Source: Clostridium sp. (GTDB lineage Bacteria > Bacillota_I > Bacilli_A > Acholeplasmatales > Anaeroplasmataceae). Taken from it: 64,000 nt of DNA. Made by a program: the position numbers and the translations under genes. This document shows positions 46,017 to 57,100 of this stretch, one piece after another. The stretch spans positions 739,004-803,003 of the forward strand of contig CP091735.1 of assembly GCA_022010015.1 (NCBI GenBank), in the 5' to 3' direction. Positions within the stretch are counted from its first letter, which is position 1. Each line of letters starts with the position of its first letter. Under the pieces are notes generated by a model, which had not been told where the DNA came from, made no database searches, and was given only the letters and a program-made list of their open reading frames with translations.

Positions 46017-46706
46017 ATGGGAAAAAAATATAAAATAGGTCTTATTCCTCTTGATTCTGAATTGCAAAGGGGATATGACGAGACAATATTAAATGAAAAG
46101 AAGTATTATGTTCCTAAAAAAATGTTTTTAAGGATAATAAAATGATTGATATGGAATATATATATAATGAAATTAGTTACTTGATTGAAGTTGGAGTAAA
46201 TATGATTATAATGCCCGAAACTTTAGAACCATTAGATAATGAAAGATTAGTTAATGTAGTAAAAAGTAATGTTATTATTTATGGTCCAGCTTATTATGAT
46301 TTTACTAATGAAGGCGTGTATAGTATTGCTAAGGTACATTCTAGAGAAATTTTACCGAAGGAAGAGTTCGATGTTATGAAAATTTTACCATATGTTAGTA
46401 GGTATGATGAAAATAACAAAACTGCAAAAAAATGGAAAAAAATAAATCCAGGCGATATTTTTACATATATTGCATATAAAAAAATTATGGTAAAATTTTT
46501 GTTAATGATTTGCTCTGATGCTTTTTAACGATTATGCAAAGCAAGTTATAAGCACAATGGATATTGATTTAATTGCAATTTCTTCATGTACGGATTCGTA
46601 CTATGCATTTGATACAACATATATGGAAGAAATTAAACAAAAGAATAGAGCTTTGATTCAATGTAATTTATGTTCAAATTGTTTTGTTGCAAAAAGAAAA
46701 AAATAA
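46017..46706 (+). CDS. Carbon-nitrogen hydrolase (nitrilase-superfamily)-like protein, frameshifted; may extend to about 46866
   Basis: KIGLIPLDSE..., ..GVNMIIMPETLEP (Glu context) and ..LLMICSDAF (Cys context) are arranged as in CN hydrolases. The assignment rests on short motifs only. Confidence 0.35.
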
Positions 46707-46991
46707 ATCAAGTTAATTATTTAAGTAAGGGTAAAAAAATAATGAAGAAAAAATAACTTGTGATGTACCATGTAAAAGAATGTGCTCAAAACATTTTGTT
46801 TTTGACGTTGATATAAGTGATAAAAATAAGTGTCTAATAGAAGAGGTTAAAAATGAAAAAAATTAAATTTGAAAGAAGTTTGATTGATTTAGAAAGAATA
46901 ATTGTTAACTGGTCAAATGATATGGAACGTATTGATTACATTTTGTATGAAATTAAAGATGAATATAGAGAAATAGTTAGAGAATTATATA

Positions 46992-47430
46992 ATGAAGAAA
47001 AAAAAGGATAATATTATTTATTTTGCATCTTTAATAGCTAAATATGATTTAATAAACTCCTTAATTGATATGAGAAAGAAATTAATTAATGACGATAATT
47101 TAGTAAATGATGTGATTAACAGGAAATATGTTAATAAGATTGTTAATGTCTTACATGATTATCCAGGAATTACTCACAGCAAATTAGCGGAAGTGATTAA
47201 TATTGATAAAACAAAATTGACACATACTATACATAGAATGTATGATCTGGAGATTTTTTTGGAAAAGGTAAAAAAATCCAGGTAAAAAAATCAGTATATT
47301 ACTATTTAACTAATTTAGGGTATATGATTTACAAAAAAATTCATTCTGAAGCAGAAGAAAACAAAAAAATTATTAACGATTTAATTAATGAAAATTATGA
47401 AATTCGTATAAAAAAACTGAAGAAATCATA
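46992..47430 (+). CDS. Winged-HTH (MarR-like) protein, frameshifted
   Basis: ..IVNVLHDYPGITHSKLAEVINIDKTKLTHTIHRMYDLEIF.EK..GKKSVYYYLTNLGYMIYKK fits an HTH plus wing pattern. Confidence 0.4.
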
Positions 47431-47489
47431 AATGAAATGCAATTTATTTTAGATGAAAAAAATAATTTTTTTCCAAAGATATTAGCAAA

Positions 47490-47962
47490 ATGACTAAAAA
47501 AAGTTAAGTATGATGAGCATATGTTGTACAATTTTACGTTTGAAAATTATCTAGGAAGCGGTGAAAAGGAACTTATGAGTAATTTAAAATGTGAAAAAAA
47601 TATATTTCGAAAAAAATCGTTTATGAAAAAAATCGGCTTTTTCAGATAATAAAAAAAAGTTGATTCAATTATAAAAAAAGTGAATGGTATTCAAGCAGTG
47701 AAGATGAAAAAAATTATTTAAATTAGTGTTAAAACTTACTACCGAATGCAATGAAAAATTTTAAAATTAATATTGATATTGCTGGAGTTTTTTTGATTGA
47801 AGCCGAAACAAAAGAACAAAAAAACAAATATATATGAACAATGCAGTTACTATATTAATGCCATATCTAAGGAGTGAATTAACATTGATTACTTCTCAAC
47901 CAGATATGAAACCTATTGTTATGCCAGTTCTAAATATAAAGCCTACACATGAAAACAAATAG
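47490..47962 (+). CDS. SecB-like chaperone-fold protein, frameshifted
   Basis: ..INIDIAGVFLIEAETKEQ...NNAVTILMPYLRSELTLITSQPDMKPIVMPVLNI parallels the E. coli SecB segment ..GGIFSIAGIEG...[32 protein letters not shown]. Confidence 0.45.
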
Positions 47963-48342
47963 GCTATTTTTGAATTTTGTAGCATCAATTATTTGCTCAT
48001 AATATTAATGAAATATTAGTTATTTAACAATGCATCTACAATGACTGTATATAGTGAAATAGAAGTAATCAATTAGCTCATATAATTTTTCATCAATTTA
48101 GATGATTATTAAGCAAATATGATTACTTTTTAATTTTGCATATATAAATTTTTTTAAAACTAAAAAAATGATGCATAAAAGGTCGAATCTTGTCATACTA
48201 TTATTGTTTAAATTAAATTATTTAAATGTTATAATTTATTTAGAGATAAATGTAAAAAAATCTATAATAATGTAGAATTATCACTATTATTTATTAAATA
48301 ATAACAAAGATAGTTTATTTAAAAAGTAAGGAGGAGATTCAA

Positions 48343-51300
48343 GTGAAAAAAAATATTATTCAAATGCACCTATTAATGATAGAGAAAAATATGGAATGTA
48401 CTGCGAACAATTAGAAAAAAAGCAATTGCGGATAATGATGTATATAATATAGGAATAATTGCATCATATGGTGCAGGAAAAAGCTCATTAATAAAAACAT
48501 ACGAGGAAAATGAAGGAAAAACTAAGAAGAAAATCAACATTTCATTGGCATCTTTTAATGAGGAAGCTGATAATGATGATCAAGAAGACAAAAATAAGCA
48601 GATTAAATATGAAAGAGAAAAAAGAATTGAACTAAGTGTTTTACAACAAATAATTTATTCTAAAAAATCAAAGCACTTTCCAAATTCTAGAATTTCTAGA
48701 ATAGAGAATAAAAAAATTTCATTACAAGAATATTTCTAGGATGTATATTTTTTTATTAATTTCAAGCATTGTTCATATTATTTATTTTTTTACTTATCAA
48801 ATAATAAAGTTTTTAAAAGATGAAAAAAATTATAACTTGTGGAGTTTGCTCATTACTTTCACTTTTTTTATTATTTTTATTATATTTATCAACACATTTG
48901 TTTGTAAAAAAAGTAAAAGTTTTTTTGATATTGAGATTGAAGCCGAAAAATAACAACGAAAAAAACATCAATTTTTAAATAGATTCATAGATGAAATAAT
49001 ATATTTTTTTAGTGTTTCAAAGACGGAAATTTTGGTAATAGAAGATTTAGATAGATTTAATAATTTAACTATTTTTTTACAAAGCTTAGAGAGATTAATA
49101 CTATATTAAATAATAGCGAATGTATTAAACAAAAAGATTACATTTATTTATTGTATAAAGGATGATTTATTTAAGGAAAATCTTGAAAGAGCTAAAATTT
49201 TTTTGAGTTTGTTTTATCATTAGTGCCAGTTTTAAGTTCCAAAAAAATGTTTGCGATTATATTTGTAAGCTTAATAATGAACTCGATCAAAAAAATGAAG
49301 CTAAATTTGGATTTTATAAATAAAATTAAGTTTTTTTATTGATGATTATAGACTTTTTAAATAATACGTTTAATGATTATCAATTATATTGGCATGAATT
49401 AAAAATTTATTCAAAGTGATGAGAAAAACTAACGAGAAACTCTTCTCTATGATGCTTTATAAAAAAATAAAAAAATCCAAGCGACTTTTCTTTAATTCAA
49501 CAAAATGACGGGGAAATTTTTTTAAATTATTTAATTCAAAACAAAAAAAATAATTAAAAGTGTTGTTGATAGGTATAATGAGCAAATTAAGGAATATGAA
49601 GATGAGATTTCCCTTGCAAACAATAATATTTTTAACTTCATTTAATGATTTGAAAAAGAATATTCAAAGCTTACATTATTGAACATTATGAAAATCGATG
49701 GAGTTACGAAAAAAAGCAATTAATATAGATAAGCTTAATACATTTAAAGATAAAGATGTGTTAGTATCATTTAAATTTAATGGAAATGATTATTATTCTT
49801 CAATTGGAAGAATTGAAAAAAACTTGAAAAATAAAGATTTCTATAAGCTTGAATGTAACATCTTAAAAAGGGAAAAGATAATGTAATAAAAAGAACTTAA
49901 TGATTGTATAGCAAAAAAATTAATGATGAAATAATTAGTATTGAAGATGCAACAATGGAACAATTAACAAGTGAATTTTGGGAAGATAGTAAGCTGTTTT
50001 ATAATGATGAAAATTCTTTGTTATTTTTTCTAGTTAGTAATGGTTTTATTGCTGAAGATTATTTTAATTACGCAGTTGCTGATGCAGAGACAGCTTTATC
50101 ACTTACTGATAAAAAATTTATAACAAATGTGTTATTAAAACAACAAAATAATTATGATTTAGAACTATTAAATATAGAAAATATTTTAGTTGAATTACCA
50201 ACAAATTGTTTTAATTTCACATATAGCTTAAATATTAACCTGGTAAATTTTTCTATTTAAAAAGGAAAGAAAAATATATAGATAATTTTTTTAAAATGTA
50301 TTCAACTGTTAAAAAAAGAACTGTAATGAATGTTACAAGTTTTTTTCGTTAGATACATAAAAAAATATGGCATTGATGAATTTATTGAACAAATTTGTAT
50401 TGATGAAAACTCAAATATAAAAAAAATATAATATATGGTGATGAAATAAAACAAGATGAAAAAAATATTGATTATCAATTTAATATTAAAGTCAAATGAT
50501 AACAATTTGTTGGATTATTATAATGTTGATAATAAATTATCTAGTATCATTTCATCATTGAGCCCTTCTTTATTTAATATTAATAAAAAAATGCTTTTGA
50601 AATTGTCACATATTAAAGTGACATTTGAAGATATAAAAGAATTAGATTGTGACGAATTAGATAAAATAAATAAATATAATCTATATGTCATTAATTATAA
50701 TAATATTGTGGTTTTATTAAACAATTATTGGTGCCCAGTTTTATTTTTCATCAGCGTATGAAAAAAATTAAATATAAATGATTATAAAAAAAATAATATT
50801 AATGAATTGTATCTATGTATGGAGGAAAACTGTTTTTAAAAAAATAATTCGGAACAAATTCTTTCTAATATTCTTAAACTTGATTTGTTTAAATACGGAG
50901 AAGAACTAATTAAAAAAATAAACACAAAATTTAATGAAATTGAAAAAAATTTCCTGAAATAATAATCAATAACATTATAAAATATAATAGATTTAAAAGA
51001 AATTGGAAAAAAATTTAAATTATATTTATTGCGTTAAAAAAATGAAAAGCGATTTATTACATATTTTTAAATCGAAATTATTTGAATTTAGCAAACGATG
51101 TAATTGATGACTATGAGATAAAAAAAGAAATTTTTAAAATTAGATATTAACAAAAAAATTTGCTTAATTCGTATCATAAATCTGTATTATTAGATAAAAA
51201 AATGATTTTTAATGATAATAATATTTGTGAATTAATCAAGTCAAATAAAATAATAATTAAAGATTATAAAATTTTTAAATTATTATCCAAAAATCATTAA

Positions 51301-51701
51301 TAATTTGGTATGAAATGAATATTGATACTTGGAATATTACCAATATTAGTTATTCTGATGATCTTGCATTTACATTATTAGAATCAAATATTCCAAAATG
51401 AAAAAAAATAACGGAATTTATTAACTCATATGAAGAGAGAATTGAAAACTTAAAAAAAATTTAGATGTTTTTTTATAAATGTTGCAATAAGAGAAAGATA
51501 AAAATTATCTGATGAGTTATATTTAAAAAAATAGCGTTAAGATATAAAGATAATAGTTATATTTCAAAAAAACAGCTTTTTTTAAAAAAATTAAAGGAAA
51601 AAAATATATTAGCAAGTATATGCATATAACCGATGATGCTTTTTTTAAAATTAATAAAGCTTTATGAATATAATGAAAAAAACGAATTTGAAGAAAAATA
51701 A
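48343..51701 (+). CDS. YobI/KAP-family P-loop NTPase with membrane-helix insertion (~1100 aa, heavily frameshifted)
   Basis: AAGGAGGAG RBS plus GTG start. Walker A IIASYGAGKSSLIKT. Two TM helices in ORF 48741-48953 inserted after the P-loop. Walker B ILVIEDLDRFNNL. The ..DDLFKENLERAKFFEFVLSLVPVLSS block is as in B. subtilis YobI-type proteins. Confidence 0.7.
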
Positions 51702-51794
51702 TGAAAATGATTTTTTTATTTGAATAAGCATTAAGAAGATATTATTGTATATTACGATTATTGACGAAACTTTAAGATTTAATTAATATTTTGT

Positions 51795-51838
51795 GTAAAT
51801 GTCAACTAGAGAATGGTAATTTTTTTATTGACATTTAC
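51795..51838. repeat. 11-bp inverted repeat GTAAATGTCAA / TTGACATTTAC with 22-nt spacer
   Basis: Arms at 51795-51805 and 51828-51838, perfect complement. It lies between the NTPase gene and the G+C-rich island. It could be a terminator or an operator. Confidence 0.5.
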
Positions 51839-51972
51839 GCAAATTTTATTTTTAATATTAATAAAAGATTTATTTAATGTAAGTAAAAAAATAATATTTT
51901 TTTAAATGCTATGTGAGGTTGAAGTGTAAAATGATTTTTTTATATGTTTTATATAGTATAGCGCGTTAAAGA

Positions 51973-52001
51973 TTGAAAAATAAAGATTTTTGTGCTATAA
52001 T
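51973..52001 (+). promoter_or_regulatory. Near-consensus sigma-A promoter
   Basis: TTGAAA (51973-51978), 17-nt spacer, TGcTATAAT (51993-52001, extended -10). Confidence 0.6.
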
Positions 52002-52261
52002 ACATATAGTAGTACTCGTATAGAGTTACTGAAACATTAAGAACAAGGTAAAGCGGCAGAACAAAACCAATAAATTATTAAAACCAAAAACTCTCGACGG
52101 GAGGTAACCGCCTATGAAACACATAAGACTATAATCGCAAAGAAATAACTTTTTCCTTGCAATTTTTTGTTACTTTTTAACTAATATAACGATATAAACG
52201 GAAATATTTTTTTACTTATAAACCGTTTTAAAAAATTAAAAAAACAGGAGGATTTAAAACT

Positions 52262-53727
52262 ATGAAAAAACTGCTTTTTTGCTTATTGTCGCTTGTTTGC
52301 GTTGTATGCTTGTTTACTGCTTGCAACAAGGATACTAAATACAAAATAACATTTCAGGATTTGTCCGTGCTGCCCGAAGGCGTAGAGAGCATCAAAAACG
52401 GACAGGGAACTATGGTAAGCGGAAACGGAGACGTCGAAACCATCTATTTTACTTCGGGTAAAGGTGGCTCGTTTTTTTCGTGACTGTCACGTTCAAAGAC
52501 GGCTACGATAAAGGCGATTTTAAGATATTTGCTAACGGAAAGGAAGCGGCAATCAGAAATAACAACGAAAAAATTCTTGATTACGAAGTTTATCCTACTT
52601 CAGACGTAAAAATCACTTTTACGGGTAAACCCGCAATAAAAAGTTACAACGTAACGGCGATCGGCGGCGACAACGATCGTGGGCAAATCTTGGAAGAGTT
52701 TTCGTATGAGTTGAAATACGTATTCGGAACGGAAGAATCTGAGCCTATAAAAGCAAATACTCTTGCGGAACTGAAAGATAAAATCAATTCGGACGTAAAA
52801 AAAGTAAAACACGGCACTAATATCACCATAACGGCTACACACACGGGAGAAATCGCTTTTCCCGACGATACTATGATTAGTTGTTTTTATTCAGGACTTG
52901 GTAAGGTTGTTGAAAAAAAGACAAAAATCGTCGGCGATACTCAGGTAAAGACTTGGGAGATTGCAGTTTTGTCGGACGTGAAAATAGATCTGGATCTCAG
53001 CATGACGTCACAAAATTTCTCACGTTGTATATACACCGACTTAACGCTTTTGGAGGGTGGCGTATACGACGGTGATTTCAACGAGATAGCAACGCTACAA
53101 GCACTTTACGATACGAATGGTAAAATTTACGCTCCGCTTCGTGATAACGCCACGGTACTTCATCTTGCCGAAAACTACAAAAAACTTACTATAAACGGCA
53201 AAACTGCAGATGGTAAATTTTTCTATAACGAAACCGATAAACGTTGGTATGTTGAACTCGATAAACCATTAGCTTACCAAAACGGAAGGGCGGACGGTTA
53301 TGACGTTTATTTTGCCAAAGGAGTAGAAGATTATATGCGCGGCGACTCCGCTTTAACCTGCGACGACATCGAGTTTAAGTCGAAAATTATGGACTGGGGC
53401 GAAAATTATTCCGCTCTACACGCCGAAGTATACGGCTATTACCGACTTAAAAACAACAGATTTTCGCTTGGTTTATGCTTTGCAAGCTCCGTAAACGATA
53501 TTAAGGTGATTGTCAACGGAACGAAAGAATTTGTTTTCCGTAACATACAAACGCTGGACGAAGAAACGCAAGAATTTGCAACGATTTATCGCTACGACGA
53601 AAACGATGCGGAATACGGAAGTTCATCGATCGTCAACGGCAAACCAGAAACGCACAAAATTGCGTTCGATCCTTCAACGTTCGGGGAAATAACGAGCGTT
53701 GAAATCGTGCTTGCAAGCGGAGAATAA
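52262..53727 (+). CDS. Lipoprotein of unknown function in a compositionally foreign (G+C-rich) segment; one T7-run frameshift at 52472-52478
   Basis: AGGAGG RBS. MKKLLFCLLSLVCVVCLFTACNKD is a signal peptide with lipobox. Track ORFs 52262-52483 and 52480-53727 join as ..GGSFF|VTVTFKDG... CG-rich codon usage is unlike the rest of the window. Confidence 0.8.
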
Positions 53728-54179
53728 AAGCATCTCGTTTTTGTTATAATTGCTTTGTAAAATAATGTTTTGGTAGGTCGTCGTTATTAAATTAAAAGCA
53801 CTAGGTGCTGTGATTGTTTGTTGTTTGACTTTTTCTTTATTGTTTTGTACGCCAAAAAAACACTTATCATGAAGAGACTTCTTTTAATGTTGTTTTAGTT
53901 AGACATTCTAGAGGTTAATAATATTCAATATTATTTATAAGAATAATTTAGTTATTATATGAATGAAGTATTACGATTAGTAAGCCTTTTTTGTTTAATT
54001 ATAAATAAATATACTTATATATAATTTGAACTTACAGAAAAATGACAATATTCTACAAATATCGACAAAAAAATATCGAAAAAAATAGGATGTTTTGATA
54101 AGAATTATCAGTTAAAATAATTTGTATTTATAGCGATGACCTTAATAAACTTGAAGGGACAATTTTTCATATGTTATAA

Positions 54180-57100
54180 TACGCGCGAAGAAGAGAGTTA
54201 TTAACAATTTTTTTAAGATTTTTTTCTAGTTTTTTTGTTATAATTTGTACTTTTGCTGGCTGTAGGAAAGCTCATAAGCATGAATTTGGGGAATGGCAGA
54301 TAGTTCGTGAAGCCACATGTGAGGAAGATGGTTCTAGGACACGTCAATGTAATGGTTGTAATGAAACTATTAATGAGGTAATTCCTGCTTTAGGTCATAG
54401 CTATAGTGACTGGATTGCTGAAGTACCTTCTAATTGTTTAATAGAGGGAACTAAGGGACATTATGAATGCTTGGTTTGTGGTAAGCATTTTGATAATGAT
54501 AAAAAGGAAATAGAGAGCCTAACATTACCTAAGGGTGATCACAATTATGGTAAGTGGATTGAAGAAATTCCTGCAACCTGTAAGGAGGCTGGAACTGAGG
54601 GGCATTATGAATGTGATATATGCCAAAAATATTTTGATGAGAATAAGAAGGAAATAACCGAACTATATATTGAAAAGGCTCATGTATTGCAGTTTGTAAA
54701 GGGTACTCCTGCAACCTGTACTGATGATGGTATAATGGATGCTTATCGTTGTTTAGTTTGCCGTGCTTTTTTTGATAAATCTGGTAATCCATTAAATGAT
54801 AGAACTATTAAATCTACTGGCCATCTTTTTAGTGATTGGATAGATGAGGTACCAGCTACGATAGATGCTAATGGTGTTAAAGGACATCAGGATTGTCTAG
54901 TATGTAATTTACATTTTGATGAATTTGATAATGAAATAGAGTCTTTAGTAATTCCCGCTACTTGTCATCATTTTAGTGATTGGATAGATGAGGTACCTGC
55001 TACCTGTAGTGAAAATGGAACAAAGGGTCATTATGAATGTAGTCATTGTGATTTAGCATTTGATGAAAATTATAATGTTATTGAAGATTTAGTTATTTTA
55101 GCCTCTCATGATCTTAAATTCTATGAACGTCTTGAACCTACCTGTGATAATGATGGGCACATTGCTTGCTATGTATGTAAAAAATGTTCTTTAGTATTTG
55201 ATGAAAATAAGAAGGAAACAGATGATTTTATTTTAGCTAGTTTAGGTCATAGCTTTGGTGATTGGCAAGAAGAGGTTCCTGCAACCTGTACGAAGAATGG
55301 TGTTAAGGCACATAAGACCTGTACTCGCTGTAATAAGAATTTTTGATAATGACGATAAAGAAATAAATATTATTATTAGAGCTAGTCATAATTTAGAAAT
55401 GGTTGCTGAGGTAAGTGCTACTTGTACAAGTAATGGTCGTGAGGCATATGGTAAATGTCTTAGCTGTAATAAATATTTTAATGTGTTTGGTGAAGAAATT
55501 AGTGATTTAAATAGTCTTGTAATTCCTGCTAGGTCTCATGAACTTGGTGATTGGATAGATGGTATTAATGCCACTTGTACTGATTCAGGTCTTATAGGAC
55601 ATTATCATTGTCGTATTTGTAATAAGGATTATGATAACAATAATACTGAAATAGCTAATATTTATGTTGAAGCCTTAGGACATCTTCATACTACAGATGA
55701 GATTATCCCAAAGCTAGATGCTACTTGTACTACTGATGGCTATGTTGCTCATTTTGAGTGTAGTAGATGTGGAAAAAAATCACTGATGAATTTGATTTTT
55801 ATTATTGAAGATTATGTAATAGAAAAAAAGAGGGCATACGGCAGGAGAATATATATATATGGAATCTCCTACCTGTACAGAGACAGGAATTAAGGGCTAT
55901 TATAAATGCTTGGTTTGTAATGAACGCTTTTTACCAGAAAATTATTATGTAACTGTTAGTGATGAAGATCTTGTTATGAAGGCTTTAGGTCACAAATATG
56001 CACATTTTGATAAGATTGAACCACAATGTGAATCTGATGGTCGCATTGAGCATTATCAATGTGAAAATTGTTACAAGGTCTTTAATTTAAATTATGAAGA
56101 AATTAATAATAGTGAATTAGCAATTGCATCCACTGGTCATATTTATGGCAATTGGGTTGAAAGAGTAGAGCCAACAGAAACAGAAGATGGTATGATGGGA
56201 CATTATGAATGTTCAAGATGCCACTACTATTTTGATGAAAATAAATATCAAATTGGTGGTACAATTGTTCTTCCTAAAACAATTCATATATTTACAGGCT
56301 GGGTAGATGAGATTCCGGCCACCTGCACAAATGTTGGAACTAAGGGCTATTATAAATGCTCACATTGTGATAAATGCTTTGATATGAATTATAAGGAAAT
56401 AACAGATTTTACAATACCTGCTCATCATAATGTTTCTGAGCTTACAAAAGCAAGATTAGGAAAATGTAATGAAAGTGATATATTAATTTCTTATTATTAT
56501 TGTAATGATTGTGGTAATTATGTTGATGAAAAATATGAATGTATTAAAATATGATGATATATTCTATTATGCTAATCGTCATAATTATGTTGCTAAAAAG
56601 GAATTGAGTAATGAGTATTGTCATATTCTAGAATGTAGTGATTGTGGCTTTGAAAAGAGCGAAGATCACGAATATACATTTACATATATTACTAAAGATG
56701 GCATACCTACGCAAAAGGGTGTATGTAAGATTTGTGATTATGAAAAGATGGAAGCATATCGAGTAGTAAATAATGTATATTTACCAACAAATATTTATAT
56801 TGGCTACCATAATATTAATATGCTATTATTCAAAATAAAATATCGTGGTGGCGAGGAAGTAAATGCTGAAGCTAGCAGTGTTATGAGTGAAGATGATGCT
56901 AAAAAAAATTTGAAGAAATTTTAAATTCATCACCAGATGACTTTGCTATAAGAAAAAGAAGTATTTAGGGTGTCATATCTAAATTTCACAGATGAAATTG
57001 AAATTACCTTCAAGCCATTTGTTATTTTTGGTGTAGTAACTAGTGAAATGAAATATCAAAAGGGTCATGTTACAGATATAGGCGCTATTAACTTTATTTA

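Noticed and set aside
52600-52844. Two overlapping - strand ORFs inside the G+C-rich lipoprotein gene (also 53510-53692 on the + strand, off-frame)
   Set aside because: These are shadow ORFs produced by the higher G+C of this segment. The sense frame encodes a continuous 488-aa protein with signal peptide and RBS.
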